From Lama glama (Eukaryota): a stretch of 64,000 nt of DNA. The DNA lies in assembly GCA_028534125.1 (NCBI GenBank), contig CM052817.1, forward strand, positions 38,070,001-38,134,000, in the 5' to 3' direction. Both the position numbers and the translations under genes were made by a program. Of the stretch, positions 51,758 through 64,000 are shown in pieces; the stretch's first letter is position 1; each line of letters opens with the position of its first letter. Below the pieces are notes generated by a model, which had not been told where the DNA came from, searched no databases, and worked only from the letters and a program-made list of their open reading frames with translations.

Positions 51758-52063
51758 ATGTCATGCTAAGTAAAGTAAGCCAGAAAGAGAAAGAAAAATA
51801 CCATATGATATCACTTATATGCAGAACCTAAAAAAAATGAGACAAACGAACTTATTTACAAAACAGAAACAGATTCACAGACATAGAAAACAAACTTGTG
51901 GTTACCAGCAGGGAAGTGAGGGTGGAGAGGAAATTGGGACTTCAGGATTTGCAGATCCTGACTACTATATATAAAATAGATAAACAGCAAGGTCCTACTG
52001 TCCAGCACAGGGAACTATATTCAATACCTTATAGTAGCCTATAATGAAAAATGAATATGAAAA

Positions 52064-52106
<43 letters not shown>

Positions 52107-52172
52107 TCACTATGCTGTACACCAGAAATTGCCATAATATTGTAAACTGACTATATCTCAATTAAAAAAAAA
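51758..52172 (+). mobile_element. Cetartiodactyl-type L1 3' end with internal (TA)n
   Basis: atgctaagtaaagtaagccagaaagagaaagaaaaataccatatgatatcacttatat...cacagggaactatattcaatacc...gtaaactgactatatctcaattaaaaaaaaa. (TA)n at about 52067-52102. Confidence 0.9.
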
Positions 52173-52306
52173 TAAACATTTACCCATAGTAAATAAACAA
52201 ATCAAGATGGAAGTCATTCAGTTTGATAAAGAACTAAGAAACAGAGACAGCCAAAGCTTACTTCAGTCTGCCACCAACACTTTCTAAGTAGCCAACAAAA
52301 CTTAGA

Positions 52307-52806
52307 NNNNNNNNNNNNNNNNNNNNNNNNNNNNNNNNNNNNNNNNNNNNNNNNNNNNNNNNNNNNNNNNNNNNNNNNNNNNNNNNNNNNNNNNNNNNNN
52401 NNNNNNNNNNNNNNNNNNNNNNNNNNNNNNNNNNNNNNNNNNNNNNNNNNNNNNNNNNNNNNNNNNNNNNNNNNNNNNNNNNNNNNNNNNNNNNNNNNNN
52501 NNNNNNNNNNNNNNNNNNNNNNNNNNNNNNNNNNNNNNNNNNNNNNNNNNNNNNNNNNNNNNNNNNNNNNNNNNNNNNNNNNNNNNNNNNNNNNNNNNNN
52601 NNNNNNNNNNNNNNNNNNNNNNNNNNNNNNNNNNNNNNNNNNNNNNNNNNNNNNNNNNNNNNNNNNNNNNNNNNNNNNNNNNNNNNNNNNNNNNNNNNNN
52701 NNNNNNNNNNNNNNNNNNNNNNNNNNNNNNNNNNNNNNNNNNNNNNNNNNNNNNNNNNNNNNNNNNNNNNNNNNNNNNNNNNNNNNNNNNNNNNNNNNNN
52801 NNNNNN
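52307..52806. other. Assembly gap, 500 N
   Basis: Run of exactly 500 N. Confidence 1.
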
Positions 52807-52990
52807 TGTGCTTTGCATTTTCACGTATTTTACTTCATTTAATTCTTGCAATGATCCTGCAATGGAGGTTTTATAATGTCTGTTACACAGATGAGAAAAC
52901 CCAGGCTTAGAAACATTGAGTGCTTCATTGCCAACCAAGAATCACTTGTTAAAGCACCGGCGAAGCACTGCTATTCACTGCGCTCCTTTT
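52807..52990 (-). mobile_element. MIR SINE
   Basis: tcatttaattcttgcaatgatcctg...ttacacagatgagaaaacccaggcttaga. Confidence 0.7.
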
Positions 52991-55900
52991 CCTCCGTGAC
53001 TGAGAATTAGACTATTCTGTGTGCCTAAGACCTTGTTTTAAAACAAGTGGCATGTTTTATGAAGTGGACCACATACTCTTGGGTTTGTTCATGGCAATGA
53101 TAATAATTACTAAGAACACATTTCAAGGAAGGTAGCAGCAACCAAATGTTGTTCAGACCCAATTTTACTTTGGTTTCTCCAACCCAACTGCTCTGAATAC
53201 CAGAGTCTTCCTTTACAGCTCTTGTCCCGTCCTTGACCTTTCTTTCTTTCTTCCCAATCGCAAAAGTATAACTTGCTACTAGCTAAGGTACTTCTACTCA
53301 CAACTCCTCTCTCCTTAGCCAATTGCTTGGATACTTTGATTTTCCCTTGTTCCTGAAAATGCAATAGGTAATCCAGAAGAAAAAAAAAAGTCCCAGATGA
53401 AGTAAATCTGGGAAACGTATAACACCATATTCTCCAAGAGAGATGCAGAATGTACATCAGCATACGAAAAACTCTGAAAAGTAATTCACTCAAGCAACTT
53501 GAATAACTCAGTGTATTTGCTGCAAATGCCATTAAAAAGTTATTCAGTCAAGAAACTTGCATAACTTGCTATCCACTAGCATTTCCTGAACTTACTTGTT
53601 CTGAAAACATTTACTCCCCTCTAATACCTATAGATAAACAGGTCTGAGAAACTCAGTTTCATAAATATTATTTTGTAGTGTATATGATATGAAATGTTCC
53701 AATATAGATGCAGAAGCAAAGAGGGGGTGTTTCTATGAAAACTGCTTTAATGATTTGCTATTCAGGACTAACAGAAAATAAAATTACTACTAAATTAGGA
53801 TGTGGGCAAGATAAAAGCAATTATTGGTTTTAAAAAATAATACTCAAAATGCCTACCTGACTTCAAAAGCAAATCATAGCAGTCTAGAAGGGGTCTGAGC
53901 TCACATTACTTTGCAAAAAGTATTTGTAAAGAAATGGAATATGCAAATTTAAAATGATAAATTGTAAGAGCAACATATGCAAAAAAGACAAGAAGAAAAC
54001 CAATCACTTGACTCTTACTCAAAGAGCTCCACCTCACATCAAAACTGGCAAACGCATATTCACTTAAATATTTTAAACTGACATAAATTTGTGTATGTAT
54101 TGTTTCATCACAGTCCCCAACTCTAACCAAATTTTTAAGTAGATTAATTAATTGAACAGCTACTAGTGCAAATGTGGTGGTGAAGACGGTTTCAATTGTA
54201 TAGCCATGATATTATACACATTTATCTTACGGATACCTGCTCTTGTTTCTAAAGGAAGCTGTCCTTCTCTGCTAAAGAGTTCAAACATGAGTGGAATTTG
54301 GAAGATTGATTTTGTTTAATACAAGGGCATCAGGTCTGGAAGCCCAGGCGCAGCGTTTCTGGGCCCCAGGAAAGTCTCGTGACTTTGTGGTGCCAGGAAC
54401 ATTCTTTCTTCTGTATGAAGAAAGTTTCAGTGTTAAAAATGATCTGCATGATAAGACAACTTTAAATTCCTCGCATCACCTTGTTTTGCATGCAAACGCA
54501 TGTTAACTGTGCTGGCTGTATACTCTACTCCTTCCCAAACTCAGTGGACATCATCAGCCAATCCTGAAATGGCAGATCCATCCTGAATAGTTAAGAGAAG
54601 AAAATATACTGAGAGAAGGGAAAGAAGTATTTGATATTAAGAATATGTAAATATATAGTTTGGCTGGGGGACACTGTCAAATAGCTGTTACTGACCACCA
54701 GAGTAAGTTCCCTACTCAGTAATTTCTGCCTTTTCTCCAGTTTTGCTTTGCACCACAGGTTGAAGTCGTTAACATTTTAATATACACTTTTTCTGTCCTT
54801 CTGGTTTCTTTGTTTTGCTAGTCATTTTAATGCTATAGAACTTACAAGATAATTACTACACTAATATCTTTATCATCTTAATTATTCTGTGAATATCTTT
54901 CTTATTGAAGTTCATCACATTTTAAAAATACCATCTTGATGCATATGAACTACTTTAAAGAATATTATATACTGCAAATGGAGATACTGAAATTCAAAGA
55001 TACTTTGGGATTTGGGAGAGTATTTGAAAGAAGTTAGGCTTTTAATTTATTGTTTGGCTTAAATTTAATTTTACCTGGGTGCTAACCAGATAATATCTTA
55101 ATGTATATTTTGTTTCTAGAACTTATTATTTTTGCCACATGATATCAGCCTTATTTCTTTGTCACCAGATACTATATTAATACCCTCTCACTTCCAAAAA
55201 ATAATTTCTCCATCTTCGTTTTCCTTGTTGAGTCTGTTTCCACATAATGGAACTCATCATACAAAAAGTAAAGAAAAGAAATAGTGACCTCTCAAAGTGC
55301 ACAGATGAAGTAAAGATAGGCATTGAAAGGTCCTACTGAACAGTGCTTGTAACATAGCCAAAGTCATTTACTGATTAACTGACCTTGTCCCAAATGCGAG
55401 GGAGGTAAAATTCTATTTTAGTTACCCATACAGTTTTGCTTGCTTCTTACTTGCATTCTATAAATAAGTTTCAAGCTATCTATCTAGTATAAAACTTTTT
55501 ATTCCCTCTGAAAAACATTTTTCTTTATAAAATAGTAACTTCCCAAAATGAAGCAAAAAGTGGTTTTAACTTTAAACACATTTACTAATAAGCTTGTATG
55601 TTAAAAGTGTCCAGAAAAGTTATGTGATTACTTCCTTTTAATTCAAGATTCAACATAGTTACACCTTAAGCCATTAAAAAACTTATACACATATGAAATC
55701 CCCAAAAGACTGATGGGAATAACTCTTTTACATCTTCCTGGGTGCTTGTATTTCCTTAAGAGAAGTGGGGAACCAACAAGACCCCAACCCTGCCAGCTGT
55801 TCAGCTCTCCTGGTTCAATGTTTTTTGAAAACGCATCAGTCTTTATTCAAGGTCACATTCCGACATTCTTCTTTTTAAATGATTTACCAAATGCATTTTT

Positions 55901-58900
55901 TGATCTTACATGTATCCTACACTAACTCTGCTCAGAAAAGGCTTCTCATCAGCTCTAGCCTGAGGCAGTCATTCCCTTCTTTAATCAATGAAAAGTGTGC
56001 AACCATGTGGATACAAATATATACCTAAGAGTGTATGTGCGCTCACACTGGGACACAGAGCTGCTAGTGACCTGTGTTAAGGGCCTAGGAATAAAATACT
56101 GTCATCAGTTCAAGCAAATCAGGTTGAAGCTTTTTCAGAGCCCTGTGTCCAACAGGCATGGGCCCCTGGAAAGTGGCTAAAACTCCCCTACCTCACATGT
56201 TAGATGGGGATGGCTTTTTTCTATTGACAGTTCTTCAAGCTAGAGTATAATAATTGGCTTAACAAGAAGAATAATAACAGTTAAAAAGAAGGCATTTCAA
56301 ACAGACAGTAGCAATTTAATAATTTTTGACCTGATTTCATTTAGAGACTTTATCTAAAACTAAAAAACCAAACCAAACCAAATCCCAACCCCTCCCACAA
56401 AAATATTCCCAAAATAACAAACAAAAAAACCTAACCAAAAAAGACAAAATAATAAATGTGAGCAGTGCATTGTTATATGGGAAACATGTTGTATGACTGC
56501 TCCATCTTCACCCCTGACTCAACCCACAGTGGACACATATACACACACACAAAACGACTTTATCTTCCCCTATCCTGAGCATTTCTTTCCCTCCATCACT
56601 TGTCTCGCTCTGCCTATCAACTTGACTGCTCTTTAAGTTGAATAAAGAAAGGAAGAAAATTGGGAAACTGTAGGAAGGAGAATAAATGATAGAAAAAAAA
56701 TCACAAATAAAGGATGCAGAATATAAATGAGGAAGAACAAACGTAAGAATGGGTTGGGGAGGAAGCTAAAGGAACAAGAAAGGCAATGAGATGGGGGGAG
56801 ATTAGGAAGAGCCAGGAGACGTGGAGAGTGGTTGGTTTCTGTGTTGACACTGGTGATAACATTAATTAATGTATCAGGACCCAAAGAATGGAGCCTCCCC
56901 AGTGGCCTTCTCATTTGGTTCAGGTCACGAATCTAAACTAAGTCAGACTGTACTTATGGAAAACACCTCACTGTCATAGAACTCCAACACCAGTCACAGT
57001 CCTGCAGCTCGGCTCACTCTGGAAAACGGGACCTGCCAGCCTTATAGGGACATCCTTGACCTCCTGGCCAGTCATGCCCTGTGTAGGCACTGCAGTTTCT
57101 TCAGCTCCATAAAACTGGTCTTTGCCCAGTAACCCTTGAGGAGAGCGCCCCTGGCTGGTGAAGCACTGTACTCCCCCAATCCATGGATTATTTTCCCTTG
57201 AATAAAGGACATCAAACTCATTACTAAACTTATATTTTGTCATTTGATATTGGTTAATTACTCTTTTGACTCCTTGTGAAATTTTTGTCTATTTCTTTAG
57301 ATATTTCAATACTGGTGACTTGTATGATAATATCAGTTACTTCTTTTTTAAAATTAATAATAATAATGATAATCTATAATTCCTTAACAATAACATATAA
57401 ACATATAACTTTATCTATAACCTGATAATATCTTGGGGTCACATTTACTACTATGATCAGCGTGGGTGAAGAAAAGCTAGTCCATATGTATTCCTTAAAT
57501 AAAGCATAAAAACAGACAACCAAATAATAAAAAGAGAAAAATCTATTCGCATGTAGTGTATAGAGTGGGTTTTCCTCACATGCACCTTTTGAGTGAATAT
57601 TGACTTGAAGTGGGCAGTGTTTCTGCTTGAAAATCGATCCATGTTCACACTAGCATTCAAACTGAGAGTATGGTGGCGTGGAGATTGATTGGTGTGTCAC
57701 TTTGCATCCTGTGGGAAGACAGATTGAGTCATCCATGTCTGAGCCATGGGAGTGGGTAACTGCTGAACAGGAGACAGGAGATCGTGTGGTATAGTGCCCA
57801 GGGCCTTCCAATCATGTTGTTCTCAGTACAGTAAGTAAGCCATGTCTAAGGTGGAATAGTTTCAGTAAAGACAGAATAAAATCTACAAGAGATGTCTAAA
57901 CCAAACTTCATGAAAGGTTTTGAGAGTTCAAAGAAGTGTATTTTATACCGCTTTATAGAAGTACAGCCAGCACTCATGGGGTATGAAGTATTCACTCTAA
58001 CACTGGAGCATGATAGGTTGTGAAAAGAATGTAACGTCTTCAGCAACCATGCAGACAATTCTATATTTAGAGAAATGAGATAGGGCACTGCACTTACATG
58101 GCATTCAAAAGAGATCCCCAGAGCAGAAGCAGACAATGACAATTGCAACATCAGGATCTGAGAGGACAATGGAAAGAGCAAGCATGGAACCCTGCTGGGG
58201 CTTCTGAGCATCAGTAGAAGAAGAAGGTGGTAAAGGGGCAAAATGCCTTGAGAGAAGGGAGCTTTAACTCTATGAGCACCAAACAAACAATCAAATGAAC
58301 TGAACACACTGTCCTTGTTATGCAAATAATACTTCAGGACGAGGAATCTGGCACCAACTTCTAAACACATCCTATCCATGAACCACTGCTACAAAAAATT
58401 CTACGACAACACTACTGGAGAGACTTGAGGAGGCTAGAATTCCCAGCGCGGGGCTGGTGAAGAAGGGTTCACACGAGATATAAAAATATTGTTTCCTTGG
58501 TAGGAGATGGCCACGAGAGAAACAGGTGGAAGTTTCTTCCAGACTGAGGGAGAAAATTCTTTTAAAAAGAACAATAATAGGAACGTAATTAAGAACTGGC
58601 AATAAATCTGAAACAAGGTAATGTTAATCTGACAACTGCAAAATGATGTTGATTACCTAACGTCAACAAAATAAACTACAGCAAATGCTCCTGTTACTTT
58701 TCTGTCACCTCATTAAAACAGAAATTTGGTGTAAGGATGCCACCAATATTCCATTTATTTAGATATACCTGATATCGATAACTATGTGCCTGCCTAGGAG
58801 TGGGTGCTCTTTCTGTTCCTGCGCTTTTGTATCAATAAAGCAATTATTCTTAGAGATTTAGTCACAGAAGCCATTAACTTCTCATTGGAGTACTCTCTGC

Positions 58901-59819
58901 CATGGAATTAAGGTAACTGATCACTGAAGACTGAGTGAGATCTACATGTAACCACTGGGAGGGAGAAATGACCTATAAATCTTGGAGACAGGTTTTGGGA
59001 ACTAGCATTAAATTTCCATATCATCAGGCAGGCAGCCTAGAAACAATATCAAAATACTAAGAAACAAGATGTGAATGATCGAGCACTAAGCTTTTTAAAG
59101 CTGGTTTGCTGCTCATTAGTTTTCCATATGCCTGTTAAGCAAAATTCCCGTAGAATACTCTTTATCCATATATTGTGCTGTGTGTGTCTAGAATCAACTC
59201 TGACTTCAAAACTGAAACAGACAGAAGTCAGCTGGAAAATATTAAGGAATTAGGAATCAGAAATATGGATTCTGCTGTGAAACCTTGATGGAGAACATCT
59301 CACATCAATAGTTGCAAAAAAACAAACAAAAAAACTCCTTCTCAAAGAGTTTTTCTCAGGAAAACAAACACAGAAGGGATGGAAAACCCAGGCGCTCACA
59401 GTGCATGGGATGGATTCCATGGTCACTTACATGTGTGTCTTTCATGAGTGCCCTGCTGGCTGGAGCCCAGGTGATCTTCTTTGGGATGATGCCTTTCACA
59501 TGAGAAACTGGTCATAGAATAGATAAATTCCCGCAGGCTGTGCCAGCTCTGGTTCTAAACTCACCAGCGTAAACCTCTCCACGACAAGCTACAGAAGCTG
59601 GCAGCAGTAAATAAGTAAGTTATGTCTTTCATTTTGATTCCATTACCAATTCTCTGTTAAATACTTTAATGAAAAATGTGCAGTTTGGTCATCTGTTGTC
59701 ATTAAATTCTTAAGTGATTCAACTTTGCCTAGAGCTTGGAAGTTACTCTAGTCCCATTGTACATTCAGTCTCCCCACTGATGTCCCAGACCGTAACGGTC
59801 GCTTAGCCCTGTCAATACC

Positions 59820-60650
59820 ACCTCCAAAAGAGTTTCACCTCTCCAGTTCACACCTCTCACCAAACTGAAGTCCACTTCGCTGGTTTCGTTGTCATTATCT
59901 CTCACCTAGATTACTACACTGTCTCCTCACAGCGTCCATATCTCTGATGTCTTCCATTAGCAACCCCACTGCCACGTGGACCCCATGCAACCTTCAGGGT
60001 AGACATTTGGTAAGTATGTACTTACTAATGCCTGCCAACTCTATTCCAGGGATTTAGAAGTGAACGAAGTAAAGTTCCTGTCCTAATGGATTTTCTGTGC
60101 TGCTGTCATAGATTTAATTTGATAACTCCTCTGATTAAAAGTCTCTGATAGTGATCCATCTTAGAGAATAAGGTCCCAATGCTACAGGCACACAGAGCCC
60201 TTAACCATCCGGCTTCAAACGCATTTCCAGTCCTCTTTTCAATCACAACCTCACTCTTCGCACCTTGTTTTTTAAATTAGACTATTATAGTTGTCATTGC
60301 CTGAACATGTTTTATTTACGTATGTCCTCCGGTCCCTCTTTATTTATTTGCAAAATTTCTATTAAAGTAGGTCTTTCTATTTGCAAAAGACCTACTTAGA
60401 AATGTCCACTTTCAGTGGAGTTATCCTCACTGTTCTAGCCAGACTTAACTGGTGTGGCCTTTGTGGCTGTGTTTGCTTGTGCCTCTGTCGCCACCCATGT
60501 TCACAGACTGTTATAATTCTTTGTGTGTCCCCCGCACCAGGCTGTCAGATCCTTAACTGCAAAAATGATGAAGTATCTTTGAATCTTGAGTCCCTAGCAA
60601 AGCAAAACATCTGCCATGATAAGACCTCAATAAGGGTTTATTGAATGACC
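59820..60650 (+). mobile_element. Degraded LINE-2 3' portion
   Basis: tctctcacctagattactac ... ctcaataagggtttattgaatga. Confidence 0.55.
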
Positions 60651-63600
60651 AAAACCAAAACCAACAAAACGGGGGTCGAGGAGGAAGAAAGGGAAAAGGA
60701 AGAGAAAAGTGAACAGAAAGTCAGGGGCAGGGAACTCTTCAGGGATGAAAGGATTGGTAATAAAATAGTTAACAACCTTTATTTTACACCCAGTAAATGC
60801 TAAGGATTAGGTGTCATTGTTAACTGACAGCTAAGAGGAAAGACACTGACTGTCCCCAACAGACCTTTCATCAGTTTAATGATTCATTTGCTTTGGCTGG
60901 CTTTTCATGACAGAGAAGTTTTGCTTTCCTACAACCCTGACAGCATGATGGGGAAGAAACTATATATACATCATTGACAAGAAAATAAAAATTATAACCC
61001 CCATTTCAGCTCCTGGATTTAGGAAATTAAAAAAAAGAAGAAGAAGAAGAAAGAAGAGGCAATAAAAAATGAATGAAACCGCAATAAAAGTCTTGGAGGG
61101 TCAATACAAGATTCGGCCAGGACTCAGATGATTTACGTATGAATGAGGCATTTTGGGGGATTAAGAAATACAGTGTGGAGGCTGCTCTTGCTACTGTATG
61201 CTGCAAATGACAGAAATACAGGAAGCATGGCGTTATTTATAGAAGAGGCCCTTTCAATTGCTGTGTAAACTTCAGGAGATTGAATGCGCAACGCTTTAAC
61301 CAATCAGATACTCGTTTTCTCTCGGCTTTCCATCCATCTTGCTCCGTAAACACCAGTAGACAAGCAGTTAAACAGCCACTGAAAGAAGATGTATCGTTTT
61401 CAAAGTTCTCTGATACTTCAACCATGGAACTACCTTGTATACTATTATAGGCAGCTGAGCCTAGCAGACGACAGAGTGAAAGGTGTTTTATTTTCACTGT
61501 AATTTCATAAGGTCTTATCTTAAAAAGGAAACAATGATCCCTGGTATTTACTGAGATTTCTCCCTAAGTAATTTCATCTAGAAATACTAACATTAATTAC
61601 AATTTTGCTAAGCAAGAAGGCTTATAAATTTGTAGTTTATCTGCATTTGGCATACACGGGTGACACACTGAATAAAAATGAGAATTCTCTCTCCATCCTG
61701 CAGGTGACTACCAGTGTAAAAACTTTGTTAGTAGGAATGAGAAACTAAGCTCCTATTTCTGTATTGCTCTATGTCCAGATGGAAGTTACATTTTGTTTAA
61801 TGAAAACTCTGGCATTCTCTGGATGAATTGTATAAGCTATCCATCCTCTTAAAACAATCACCCCGAAAGAAGTTTAAAAGACAGAGCTTTAATTTTTTTT
61901 TTGGCTGCTATAACAACTGCTGCTCAGAGCAATTAACTTAATGCAATAAAACACATCTGAAGCTATAAATATCACTTATAAATAGTAAAAGTAGAACTTT
62001 CTTAAATCCAGATCACTGAACCATCCCAAAAATGTCAAATGAGGATCAGAAGTAAAAGATCACAAAAAATATATAAAATAATAAAACACAGACTATCTTG
62101 TACCTATATAAAGAACGGGAGGGGAGGTGAAAGATGAGGAGAAAGAAGGTAGAGAATTGAAAGAGAGGCAGTGGGTTTACATGAAGAAAGTTGGGGGAGA
62201 TGGGGCTCCCTCTGGGTCCCAGATAAATCTGACTAAAGAAAAAGACTGTATCTATCATAAAGCAACATTCAGGCTTGTCAGTATGTATTATGTGATGTGA
62301 GGAAAATTATTTCATATAAGATCCCAGGTATTCTCTGGTTGCAAGAGAAAAGGTCAACAAGTTATTATACACAGTAAAACCTGTCACTATGTCCATAATG
62401 ACCAATAATAGACTCTCTCATACATAGATGTACTTACTGCTCACCAGTCACCCTTGTTGAAACATTATCTTGTATCAAAACGTGTATCAACTATTGCATC
62501 ATATCTGTGTGAGTGTATGGGGTTAATTTCAACCGTTTTATTTGTATTTCTTAGGGAAAAATCCATGTGGCCTAGCCTCAACATTTTGGCTGCTTTATGA
62601 CATGGCTTCAGTTTATACTTTATTTGCCTATTTGGAAGCAAAGAAGTCACTCAATTAATGCTTTCAGAGCTCTACGAATATGTACCAATTTTAGAGTGCC
62701 ATTCAGAAAATAAACATCAAATCACTGCTTATCATTCCTTCTCTCTCAATCAGTTTGAGTAGCATAAACGCAAGACTTCCTTTAGAAGAGACACACATCT
62801 CGGTCTATGATGATAAGACTTAATACTTGCAGGACCGCCTTCTGGCGCACTGATTATTCAGCTACAGAGTGCTCACCTTTATATGTTATGAGAATGTTAA
62901 TCTGGAGTCAGGATGAAAACTAAAAATGGAAAGTATACTCTGTCCATGGGGCACTTCACTATTGTATATGAATCTTTTATCTTTTATTTCATTTAGTAAA
63001 CATGTTTCATGATTGTTCTGTGAAGTTTACTATGTTATGGTAAATCATGTTGTCAGATACGGGCATTGACAATCTTTAAGCTTTTGCTAAAAACACGGTT
63101 TGCTAAAGTGTATTTTGGGCCCTTAAACAATGAATTACTTCTGAGTCCAGACATTGCTAAATTAAATCTGAATATAACTCCCTGAAGTGTTTTAAAATAG
63201 CATAAGATGATTTGAAGTTCTCTACAGCACTAGAACAGCAATAGTGTGACTCTCATTAATATTTATCTTTAATTTATTGAACAAGCCCAATAATGAAATT
63301 GATTATGATACTCCATCTCAAATTTCTATGAGGGGTTCTCATTCTCGGCAGTGCATTAATTATCCAGACTTTTGTTCTCCAAGGGCCAAAAGAAAATTGA
63401 TGAAACATCAACCAACATAATTTACACCCTCTGACTCTAGCTTTAGACAATTAAGGAGCCCAGATGTTAAGAGAAATGCCCCTCTGCTAAGCATAGCAAT
63501 GCACCATTTTAGTTTTCCATATGGTTTCACACACAAGAGATTATCAGATGTTAGGAAGCACATGGAAGACCCAAGAAGAGCTACAGTCTCTCTACCTTAT

Positions 63601-64000
63601 TAGAGAAAACTCAGAAAGATATAACTAGGTATTAAAAATTAATAGTATTGTCTGTTACTTTATAATGTAAACCATACAACGTGGTATTAAACCATGCTTT
63701 TGTTATATTTCAAGTACTTATATTTCAGAGACACTGAATAACCTTCCCAAAAGACCTCGAAAATTCTAAAAATGTATTATTGCATTCTCTGACAAAGTTA
63801 ATACAATCCTCAAACTGAGTTACTAGTTATTTACAGGTTTCTATAGAAATTGTACTATGAAATAAGAATTTGTAAAGATGGTTCTTACTTGAAGAGCACA
63901 ATTATAAGGGATTACAAGTAAAAACATGTAATTAAAAATCTATAAATAGACACCAAGTTTCCAGAAGCGAATATAAACCTAAATTAAGCTGTCCATGAGG

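Noticed and set aside
57846..58379. 177-aa minus-strand ORF
   Set aside because: No recognisable domain or splice context. It lies in what looks like decayed LINE sequence and is probably a chance ORF.

Overview
Mammalian nuclear genomic DNA: AT-rich, CpG-depleted and repeat-rich. It is probably a camelid, based on a vic-1-like tRNA-Ala SINE. The window is four contigs joined by three gaps of exactly 500 N (9970-10469, 26544-27043, 52307-52806). It covers the convergent MAPK10 (JNK3) / ARHGAP24 (FilGAP) locus. Two internal MAPK10 coding exons lie on + (7412-7475, 9153-9230). The MAPK10 terminal exon and 3'UTR lie on - (stop at 19901-19903), so contig 10470-26543 is almost certainly mis-oriented in this assembly. 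One 208-bp ARHGAP24 RhoGAP-domain exon lies on - (44696-44903). The terminal MAPK10 exon carries two known recoding features: tandem acceptors 5 nt apart (short/long JNK3 isoforms) and a UGA-CUAG readthrough stop with an intact 14-aa extension. Its 3'UTR has alternative poly(A) signals bracketing a cluster of miR-137 and other neuronal miRNA seeds. The rest is intron or intergenic sequence with L2, MIR, L1, MaLR, MER21 and MER5 remnants. Several younger retrotransposition products are structurally interesting: an apparently spliced ~405-bp L1 (5'UTR joined to 3'UTR), an L1 3'-transduction, and an orphan poly(A) insertion. None of the ORF-track ORFs is a real gene. I found no new multi-gene system. 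Gene and repeat names come from recalled sequence similarity, not from database searches.
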